A DNA stretch of 64,000 nt. Origin: Blastocladiella emersonii ATCC 22665. Taxonomy: Eukaryota; Fungi; Blastocladiomycota. Under the pieces are notes generated by a model that had not been told where the DNA came from, did not search any database, and saw nothing but the letters and a program-made list of their open reading frames with translations. The DNA is taken from contig JANHCV010000003.1 in NCBI GenBank assembly GCA_025594325.1, forward strand, positions 744,001-808,000. The letters are read 5' to 3'. Below, in pieces: positions 48,391-57,181 of this stretch (its first letter is position 1; every line of letters begins with the position of its first letter). Both the position numbers and the translations under genes were made by a program.

Positions 48391-48733
48391 GGTGGCGGGC
48401 GGGTTGCGGGGTGTGTCAACGACGGGGCAGCGTGCACACGGCGTCGATAGGGTCGCCCGAAAGTGGCTGGCCTGCACGACGACGTGTGCGCCCGGCGCCC
48501 GCCCCCGCAGCCCGAGCGGTGACGCCCGCCACCTGTTTGCGTTGATCCGGGCATCAGCTGATCTCACGCCGCCCGGTTGCCCCGCGCGCGTCGACGCGTT
48601 TTCTTCCACTCTCGCGCTCTCTTTCGTGTGGTTTGCCGTCACACAGCCTTCGGCTGGCACCAGCGCAGGGCTTTGCCCTTTCGCCCTTGCCTTTGGCCGT
48701 CCTCGCCTCGCGTTCGCTTCCCCTCTTCAGCGT

Positions 48734-49110
48734 TCATGAGTGTAAGTCGGCAATGAACACCTTTTCAGTTGCACACACTTTTCTGATTCCGGCTCGCATC
48801 CTCGGGAAGAATGCTCGCGAGATAGACGCGTTACCCGCGTCCAAGTTGACCACGTTGCGCAGCGCGTGCACCTCCTGGCGCATCAGCGAGCGCTTGCCGA
48901 CCTTGAACTCACCCACGGGCGTAAGCACGCTGACGTGCAGGTTGCGCGTGATCGCGAGGTCGATGAAGCGTCGTTGTAGGCAGACAGCATCGTCGTCGCC
49001 TCGTTAGGTCGATAATCAACGCCGCAGCCGTTCATCTTCATGATCCCGCAGAGCGCACAGTGCACGGGCGACGCCAACGGCAACGCGCGCAACGTCCGCG
49101 TTGTTGTCGG
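48734..49110 (-). pseudogene. Frameshifted gene remnant of unknown family
   Basis: GC3-biased stretch RRFIDLAITRNLHVSVLTPVGEFKVGKRSLMRQEVHALRNVVNLDAG follows a frame change from the 48883..49128 ORF; no family recognised. Confidence 0.3.
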
Positions 49111-49114
49111 CAGC

Positions 49115-49884
49115 CAGCGTCGCCTCATTATATTGAGGAACAGCGCCGCCTTGTTGAATAGATGATCAGCGTCGCCTTGTCGCGTTGATGATCATCGTCG
49201 CCTTGTCGCGTTGATGATCATCGTCGCCTTGTCGCGTTGATGATCATCGTCGCCTTGTTGAGTTGAAGTTCAGCGCCGCCTTGTTGAGTTGGTGATCAGC
49301 GTCGCCTCGTTGCGTCGATGATCAGGTTTGCCTTGTTGGGTTGATAACCAGCGTCGCCTTGTTGCGTAGATGACCAGCGTCGCCTCGTTGCATCCATGAC
49401 CAGCGTTGCCTTGTTGTGCTGGCGAGCAGCGTCGCCTTGCTGCGTTGATGTCCAGCGTCGCCTCGTTCCGTGAATGTCTAGCGTCGCCTCGTTACGTCAA
49501 TGTTCAGCGCCATCTCGTTACTTCAATGTTCAGCGTCGCCTCCTTGCGTTGATGACCAGCGTTGCCTCGTTAACTTGCGGATCAGCGTTACCTCGTTGCG
49601 TTGATAGTCAGCGTCGCCTCCTTACGTCAATGTTCAGCGTCGCCTCGTTACGTCAATGTTCAGCGTCGCCTCGTTGGGTCGTGATCAGCGTCGCCTTGTT
49701 CCATCGATGACCAGCGTCGGCTCGTTGCATCGATGACCGGCGTCGGCTCGTTGCATTGATGACGAGCGTCGGCTTGTTGGATCGATGACCAGCGTCGCCT
49801 CATTAAGTTGAAGTTCAGCGTCGCCTCGTTGCGTCAATGACCAGCGTCGCCTCTTGCGTTGATCATCAGCGTCGCCTTGCCGCG
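49115..49884. repeat. Tandem array of ~30 units of 26 bp, consensus CAGCGTCGCCTYGTTGCGTTGATGAY
   Basis: Units start at 49115, 49141, 49167 ... 49661, 49686 ... 49842, 49867. Two units are 25 bp. The first ~15 nt are conserved and the last ~11 variable. Confidence 0.95.
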
Positions 49885-50489
49885 CAGCACTAATTGGAGC
49901 CAAGATGAGGATTGAGTGCTGCGCTTGAGAGTCGACAAACAAACGAGTTGATTTAGCTCAGACTACGCTGAAGTCGTCATAGCGAAAGTATTGCGTTCCT
50001 GTCGAGTTTCTGCCCCAGCATATGGTTGCTCATCTCCATCGCGACACGATCAAGGCAAGGAGCAGGGGCTGCGACTCAACCCAGCCGCGCTGCTGCTGCT
50101 GTTGCCGCATAACATGCTGCGCAGAGCGACAGTGACAAGGTAACACGTAAGGTGAACCACCGCCTTGGCTCAGCTGCAAAATTAACTTTGTAAGGAAGCT
50201 AAATGAGGTACAGTCGCCAACTTGGCGCGGATTCGGCTGAAGTCGCACATCAACCAAGAAACGTCATTGACACATGAAGTAGCAACAACAGAGTACATAT
50301 TTGTTGCGGGTTAACCTTGATTCAGCGAGGGCGCGCAAGGGAGAAAGGGCGAGGGGACGCGTTCAGCCACCCACGTGGCATGTATCAGCCCGATGAGGCA
50401 AGCCCAAATGTGACAAGTAACGCCAGACCCGGTGGCGGAGCAGGTGGAGGTACGGTTGCAGATGCGGTAGGCGGAGGCGCAGAACCAGA

Positions 50490-50914
50490 AGCCGAAAGCA
50501 AGCTGGGTGCGACCGTTGAGGACAAGGTGGTCGAAGTAAGTGCAGTGCTTACATGCGCGTTGAACGGTGGCACACGTGTTGAAAGTTCAGCGCGGTCGTT
50601 GGATCGTTGTTGATGAGGGCGAGGCGGAGAGCTGAGAGAGAGGACGGGTCGCGCAGATCTGCGGCGGTCAGCGACAGCGACGCGAGCAGTCCATGCTATG
50701 CGTCGATCAGCTCATGGAGCTTCTTGCCGACGGGTTCAGGGGCGCGTGTATGAGCAGAATGTTGAGCGAGCCAGGCGGCAGCGTGTCGAGCGGCAGCAGC
50801 GCGGTGGCCGTGCGACGCGAAGGTGGCGTAGTTGCTCGAGTCGAGGCAAAGCCAGTCGACGAGGCGGTCACACTCCTCCGCGGTCCGCCTTGGCCGACTG
50901 TCGTGTTGCGGCAT
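50490..50914 (-). pseudogene. Decayed Myb/SANT-like DNA-binding protein gene
   Basis: MPQHDSRPRRTAEECDRLVDWLCLDSSNYATF...HTRAPEPVGKKLHELIDA* (TAG at 50696..50698). After a frameshift it continues with KHCTYFDHL, resembling the CPYYxxL motif of this family. Confidence 0.5.
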
Positions 50915-51150
50915 GTTACAGCCGCTCAAGCTTTCGTTTCGTGGAGGAGAAGTGGAGTGCGCAACGGCGCCCGAGCCAAAGTCGCGAGCAAGCCGCAAAA
51001 CGCGTTCAGCCACAGTCACGTGACATGTATGACTTGATGAAACCAAGTGAAATCCGCCAAAAGCACGTGACACAGACCGAGACTTTCGAAGGGGCCACCC
51101 AATATTTCAGGGCAAAGCCCTGCACCGCTGATAGTAATGGTGATGGGGAC

Positions 51151-51192
51151 ATATATATATTACACAGTGTAATATATATATTACACAGTGTA
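51151..51192. repeat. Two perfect 21-bp tandem copies of ATATATATATTACACAGTGTA
   Basis: 51151..51171 and 51172..51192; the junction forms a 14-bp inverted repeat. Confidence 0.9.
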
Positions 51193-51210
51193 CGAACGCG
51201 GAGCCTCGAT

Positions 51211-51952
51211 CTACTGCGCCGAGTGGCAATCCCAGCACACGAGCTGCTGGCCGTAGTAGGTGTACCTACAGCGCGAGCGCGAGCGCGAGCGTCAGTCCAC
51301 GTCCACCGTCGCACGCAGTAACGAGGAGGGAGCCGTACTCGTTGATGTTGCATTGGACACAACACGGCCGCTCGCACGACTCACACGCGTCGAGGCACCC
51401 GTCGCAGAACGCCTTGTCGCACACGCCGCACTTGGTCCCGGCCGGTCCGGCCACGGGCTGGTTGCAGTGAGCGCACGGTGCAGGAGGTGGTGGTGCCGGC
51501 GGATCCACGGCCATGGCCTCGTCGACGCCGCCCGCTGCCGCCGTTGGTGTTGCGGCGGCCTCGCGCCGCGCGCCGCGGAACAGCTTCTCGAGCGTTCGCG
51601 CCTGCGCCTCCTGCTCCGTGACGCGCCGCGGGCGCGCGTCGCGGACGATCTTGCGGAGGACCGGGTTGACGAGACCAGCGTCGGACGCCGCTGCCTCACC
51701 CGCCTGGTCCGCGGGGACGCCAAACCCGCCGCTCCCGTCGTCGTACTGGTGGCGCTGCCGCTTGCGCGGGTTCCAGTAGAGTGTCTGCATCATGGCTGGG
51801 TCGTCGGTGGCTGCTGCTGTCTGGCTGTCGTGATCTGCTGGATGAGGAGCGAGAGTGTGTGATGGTGTTGGTGCAGCCGGCACGGCGCGGCCGGTCTGGT
51901 GGTGGTGTGCGGGCAGCGCGCCGTGCATTGGTCGCCATGCAGCGTGGTTCAT
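51211..51952 (-). CDS. SIVA-like C-terminal zinc-finger protein (intron 51266..51338)
   Basis: Spliced C-terminus CAHC...KCGVCDKAFCDGCLDACESCERPCCVQCNINE|YTYYGQQLVCWDCHSAQ* has the Cys spacing of the Siva B-box-like/zinc-finger region. Confidence 0.7.
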
Positions 51953-52035
51953 TGCGGATTATGCGGGCGGTGGCCGAGATTCATGCAAGCTTATCGTCGT
52001 TGAGAGGGAGCGCGACCATGCGAGGGGCTCGCGCC

Positions 52036-54647
52036 CAGAGGGCGGCATCGAAGTGGGAGACGGCAAGCCCTACTAGGCTCGTGACCGCGGGTCAACGTGG
52101 CGCGTGAAAGCGACGCGTCGGCGCGCTCACCGCTCACCGCGAGCCGCCGCGACGCGCCACTCCCGCCGCTGCCGCCTGCATTCCCTTCTCCTCGCTGCCG
52201 AATCCATGACGAGGCGTGGTGGCGGCTGGTTCCGGCGTGGTGGTCAAGTAGCGGCGGCGATCCGCGTGTTGTGACGGAGTATCCTGTACATCATATAAAC
52301 CCCCCTGCTGCTTGCACTACGCCGTCCCGAGTCTTTCGAGCAACCAGATCAGGTGCATCTTGAGGGAGTCTCGACGTGTGGCGACGAAAGAGCGTGAGCT
52401 GAAGCGGTGGGGTGGTGAGAGAGCCTGATAAAGGGCGAGCCCCCGCTGCGCGTCTTGCCGAGCAACGTCACGCTGCCCAAGGGCACGGCGGCCATCATCA
52501 CCGCGATCACGGACGGGCCGAATGCGCTCGGCGTCATGGAACCGACCACTCCCTGCGCAACGGTCGACCTTTCCTGGGAGATCATGCGCTGCATGGTGCT
52601 GGCTGGGCCCAACCTCGCGTCGGCGAAGCTAGCGATGCTGCACCCGCTCGCTGAAGGTGGGCGCCTGAACCCGGACCCTGCACCCTGCGCGACAGTCCCC
52701 GCCGTAGTTTCTGTCCCCGCCAACGCGATCGACCCGGCCGCCGAGTTCGGCAAGCGCACCTTCGAGTCCGAGGCCGCCATCGAAGAAGCGCTTCGAGCCG
52801 GCGGGTACCTGCAGCAGCCGCTGACCGACTGCGCCATGGTCAAGAAGCGCGTGCTCGCTCAAGCGCTTGCCGCCCTCAAGGTGCCGGGCAATGGAAAAAC
52901 CAAGATGGAGAACGGCGTCCCCGCGACGCTCAAGGCCCTGGTCCCCGTGCGCGAGTCCCTGATTGAGCTGCTCGCCGACGGCATCATGGACATTGTCGCG
53001 CGCAACGGAGCCGAGACCTGGAAGGGCGGCTACTGGGGGCACTCGAGCGGTCCCAACGCGCGCGACTTCATTCCGATCGTGGACTATTCCCCCGCCCTCA
53101 AGCGCTCCGTGACGCAGGTGCACGAGTCCAAGTGCAGCGACAAGAAGACGACGAAGCGCGCGCAGGCGCCCGTGCCCGTGATCTCGGCCGAGGCGCGGCG
53201 TACGGCCGATCCGAGCGTGCTCGCACAGCTCGACGTCGAATCGAGTCCGCTCCGCCGTCTCGGGATCGCGAACCCGGGCGGGCCCTTCCACGTGCGCTGG
53301 GAGAAGCGCGACAAGCAGAACGAGCGGGAGGCGATGCGTATGCTCGATCCCGACGTCATCGCCGCGCTCCACGAGTACGCGGCCCTGGTCGGCCCCGCGG
53401 CAGTCGGCGAGTACGAGCGTGCGGCCACGGCGATCACGTCGCTGTACGACGTCCACGACGATCCAGACCTCGCGCTCAAGCAGATGCGCGAGCTCCTCGT
53501 GCCCGTGCGCGAGTGGCTCTTCAAGTCGCTGGCCGAGCGCATGTTCTCCGTCGCGTACAATAAACGGCGCAACGACCTGTCCAACGGGCTCAACTTCGAG
53601 ACGGGCATCGCCCTGATGATGCTCGTCCTCGCCGTCGAGTTCCTCGTCAAGCTAGCCCACGACGAGGTCGACGAGAACAAGCCGCTCTGGGCCATCCTGC
53701 GCGCATTCAGCACCAACATCGTCGAGTGCTTTTTCTCGCTAATCAAGGCCATCGGCAACCGCGACGGCCGCGGGCTCAAGCTGAGCATGGCCACCGAGAT
53801 TGTGCGGATGATGGCCAAGTACGACGAGCTCGAGCGCCAGAACCTGCTGACGATCGAGGAGCTCGGCTTCATGACGACCGGGCAGAGTCGCCGCGCGAGC
53901 TACACGAACCGGCGCGAAGCCAAGCGCGCAAAAGCGCACGCGGCGTCCACGGCGGTAGCGGCAGCGGCATCCTCGGCCGCGACTGGCCCTGCAGTGTCCG
54001 GACCGGCGGTACGCGCGCGCGGAGGAGAAGAGGGATCCGACGACGAGGACAACGTGCACGAGCTGTCCGTCGCGGGATACGACGAGGACCGGCCGACATG
54101 GCGGGGTCCGGTCAAGACAAAGGACGGTGCGCCGATCCGGCCCAACTTCTTCGTGGCGGAGCGGTCCCTCAACGAGATCATACGGCGCGCCACCATGGCG
54201 ATGCGGCCCAACGGGCCCGGCGCCAAGAGCTCAACGGCGAAGCGCATGGCCAGCGTCGAGCCAATGGAGCTCGGTATCGACGCGGGGCGCCAGCGGGAGG
54301 AGCACGGCAGTAAGCGCCAGTGCAAGAACAAGCCGAAGAGCGTCGGCCCACAGGCCGAGCTCGACCTCGCCAAGGATGGGATCATCGTGTCGGCGCAGCT
54401 CCGATCCATTCACCACTACGGGCCGTACAAGGAGTAGTGTATCATGTATCGCAAGAGGTCGTGTATTATTCATAAAGTGAGAGTTTCATCGAGGCGACCG
54501 TGGTCCGCACGTTGCCGGCTGCGAGGAGAGGAGTGGTGAAGTGGCCGCGCAGGCGGCGCCGCCGACGCGTCGCTTTCACGCGCCACGTTGACCCGCGGTC
54601 ACGAGCCTAGTAGGGCTTGCCGTCTCCCACTTCGATGCCGCCCTCTG
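52036..54647 (+). mobile_element. TIR DNA transposon copy 2 (2612 bp; 88-bp TIRs; 9-bp TSD GCTCGCGCC), P-element-like
   Basis: TIRs at 52036..52123 and 54560..54647. GCTCGCGCC at 52027..52035 and 54648..54656. Inverted relative to copy 1. Confidence 0.95.
52455..54437 (+). CDS. Putative DDE transposase, P-element-like (copy 2)
   Basis: The 660-aa translation is identical to 3000..4982. Confidence 0.7.
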   Translation: MPSNVTLPKGTAAIITAITDGPNALGVMEPTTPCATVDLSWEIMRCMVLAGPNLASAKLAMLHPLAEGGRLNPDPAPCATVPAVVSVPANAIDPAAEFGKRTFESEAAIEEALRAGGYLQQPLTDCAMVKKRVLAQALAALKVPGNGKTKMENGVPATLKALVPVRESLIELLADGIMDIVARNGAETWKGGYWGHSSGPNARDFIPIVDYSPALKRSVTQVHESKCSDKKTTKRAQAPVPVISAEARRTADPSVLAQLDVESSPLRRLGIANPGGPFHVRWEKRDKQNEREAMRMLDPDVIAALHEYAALVGPAAVGEYERAATAITSLYDVHDDPDLALKQMRELLVPVREWLFKSLAERMFSVAYNKRRNDLSNGLNFETGIALMMLVLAVEFLVKLAHDEVDENKPLWAILRAFSTNIVECFFSLIKAIGNRDGRGLKLSMATEIVRMMAKYDELERQNLLTIEELGFMTTGQSRRASYTNRREAKRAKAHAASTAVAAAASSAATGPAVSGPAVRARGGEEGSDDEDNVHELSVAGYDEDRPTWRGPVKTKDGAPIRPNFFVAERSLNEIIRRATMAMRPNGPGAKSSTAKRMASVEPMELGIDAGRQREEHGSKRQCKNKPKSVGPQAELDLAKDGIIVSAQLRSIHHYGPYKE

Positions 54648-54671
54648 GCTCGCGCCGCTCTCCGAGTCACT

Positions 54672-54778
54672 GCAGTCTGGCGAGGTCCCGGCTTCGAGTC
54701 CCGCCGACGGCACTTTGTTTTCCGACGTGGTGCAAGCCCGAAATGCAGGTTCTCGGTTCGAATCCTCTCGCTCGCACA
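54672..54778 (+). other. Degenerate tRNA-like remnants (two B-box/T-arm motifs)
   Basis: GGTCCCGGCTTCGAGTCCCGCCGACGGCA followed by a T-rich run, then TCCGACGTGGTGCAA...GGTTCGAATCC. No complete cloverleaf could be folded. Confidence 0.35.
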
Positions 54779-54933
54779 CAACTCCAACGCCTTTGTGACC
54801 ACAAATCAGTTGTATCGATCGACTTTCAGACAAAGGAGGGAGGGAGATGACGAGAGGAGGTAGAAGCGCAGCGGATCCGAGACCTGCTCCGACCCGCGCG
54901 CACGGTCGCGAGACGACGACGACGCAGCGACGC

Positions 54934-56277
54934 TTAGGCCGAGTAGTCGTAGCCGTTGCCGCGGCCGTCCTCCTGCTGCTCCTCGGCCTCGGGCTGGCGG
55001 CGCTTCGGGTGCTTGGACGCGGCCGCGGCGCGACGGCCACCACGGCGGCCACCGCGGGCGCGGAGGCGGCCGAAGAGACCGCCGATCCCACCGCGGGCGC
55101 CCTTCTTGGCGCGGGCGCGGAGCGAGGCGAGCGCCTTGCCGCCCTTGCGACCCTTGCGGCCGCGGCCGAAGCGCTTGGACAGGCCCGACAGCTTGCCGCC
55201 CTTGCGGCCCTTGCGGCCCTTGCGGCCCTTGCCGGCGCGGCGGGCGCCGAAGCGGAGGCCCTTGGACTTCTTGGCCTTGGCGGCGCCGCAGCCGCACCCG
55301 GCGAGCTTGCCGACGGCGCGGAGCTTGCTCACGATGACGCGGTCGGGGTGGCCCTCGGCGACCGAGCGCGCGAGCGACAGGATCGTGCGGCGGGCGCCGA
55401 TGCCGCGCTTGCCGATGCCGCGCGAGTTGAGGCCCTTGCGGCCGCCCTTGCGACCCTTGCGGCCGGCACGGCGGCCAGCGCGGCGGCCACGGCGCGGGGC
55501 GCGCTCCTCGGCGTCCTCGTCGCCACCGCGGGCGCCGCGGAGGCTGAAGCGGCGGCCCTTGCGCCCGCGGCGCGCGAGACCCTTGCGGCCCCCACGGCGG
55601 CCCTTGCGACCACCGCGGTGGAGGCGGCTGAACAGGCTCGACAGGCGGCCGCCCTTGCGACCCTTGCGACCAGCACGCGCGCGGCGGGCGAGAGCGCGAC
55701 CGCGACCGCGGCCCTTGCGGCCCTTGCGGCCGGCGGGACGGCCGAAGCGCGCCGACATGCCGCCCGAGCCGCCAGCGCCGCCCTGCTGCAGCATCACGTG
55801 CTTCTCGTCGTGGTCCTCCTCGTGCGACGAGCGCTTGAGGCGGTGGCGGACTAGACGCGCGTCGCGAGGAAGAGGGGGCGAGGGTCAGCGCGCGTGGGAA
55901 TCGCGGGTCGCGCGAGGTCGAAATGATACGCACGCGACTTGACGCCGGCGCGCAGGCCGCCGCGGTTCTTGGTCTTGCCGACGCGGAGCGAGAAGGCTAC
56001 GTGGGCGAGAAAGGTCAGATCTCGGCACCGAGGGAGACCGAACCGCGAGAACGTACTCTCCGAGTTGATGTCGAGACCAGCGGCGAGCGGCAGCTGCTTG
56101 CCCGAGCCGCGCGACACCTCACGGCCAGCTACACGGGCGGGGTGGGGACCGTGAGAACCGAGGTCGCGACGCGTGCGCGAGAAAGCGCGTACAGTCGGCC
56201 GTGGCGACCAGCGAGTTGGCCAGCAGGGTGACGGAGCACGCGACCAGGAGCGTGGCCTGGAAGACGGTGGGCTTCAT
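54934..56277 (-). CDS. Secreted highly basic Gly/Arg/Lys-repeat protein (378 aa; exons 56277..56193, 56128..56057, 55996..55934, 55850..54934)
   Basis: Signal peptide MKPTVFQATLLVACSVTLLANSLVATA. Three canonical introns (64, 60, 83 nt), all phase 1, total 1137 nt. Repeated GRKGRKG blocks. Confidence 0.85.
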
Positions 56278-57181
56278 GGTGATGGTGGTGGTGGGGGGTA
56301 GAGTCTCGAGGGAGAGTCGACGGCCAGCGTTCGAGGGCGAGACTCGAGCGAGGGGAGGGGGGAGGGGAAAGCGACCGGCGCGGAAGCAGCGAGGACCGAG
56401 GGCAGATGCAGACGCAGCAGCCAGGACGGATGGGATCGGTCTCGAAGAGAGAGAGGGCGGGGCGAGGGGCGGGAGCCAATATAAGATGCAGCGTTGCCTT
56501 CCAGGCGCGCACGCGTCCGCGCCGCGAGCGGGGGTCGGGGGTCGGGCACGCGCGAGGGCGCCCGCTCCCACGTCGCTCCCACGTCCGCCGTTAAATACCG
56601 TGGGAGTGAGAAATGCGCCCTGACGCGGCCCGCGCCCGTCTCGCGCCCGGTGGGAGACACGCGCCGCCCGGGCGAAGACGCGTCGACGCGTCGCCGATCG
56701 CGCATCCCTCACCTGACGTCCACACGCGCCCGCATTCGCCCCATCCGCGCCATCCCGATTCGCCGCATTGCGCAGTATTCGCCCAAATCAATTGCGCAAA
56801 GTATCATCTGTCTCTGCTGCCGTGCCCGCCGACCGCGCCCTTCTTCGCGTCGCGACGTCTTTTTCAACCGCCCCGTCCCTCGCGGTCACGCGCACATGAA
56901 GCACGGGTCAGCGACATCACCGCGGGCCGGGCCCCGGATCCGATCGCCGGCCGCGGCCACATCTCCGCGCTCGGCCCTCGCGCCGCCCTCTCTCTCCCTC
57001 CTGCTGCCAGGAACCCTTGCGCAACGGCGCCCACGCATACACACGGATCAACCCACTTGGCGCACTCGGCCGCACCACTCGCGCTCGGGCTCGCTGGTCC
57101 TCGACCACCACATTGCACTCGATCCGATACCACGCATCAACTGCATCCCAGTAACAGGAGAGGGGCTTCCACGCTGACGCT

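Noticed and set aside
49115-49884. CRISPR array or coding repeat
   Set aside because: The variable 11-nt parts are homologous to each other rather than unique spacers, the context is eukaryotic with no cas genes, and the 26-bp period with stops excludes coding. A per-unit hairpin seen in a few units is not conserved.
51961-54720. Intact tRNA gene split by the transposon
   Set aside because: The reconstructed empty site gives a possible acceptor pairing but no D-arm/A-box or anticodon arm.
54847-55854. 335-aa Ala/Leu-rich plus-strand ORF
   Set aside because: Antisense of the spliced secreted basic protein, which has a signal peptide and three canonical in-frame introns.
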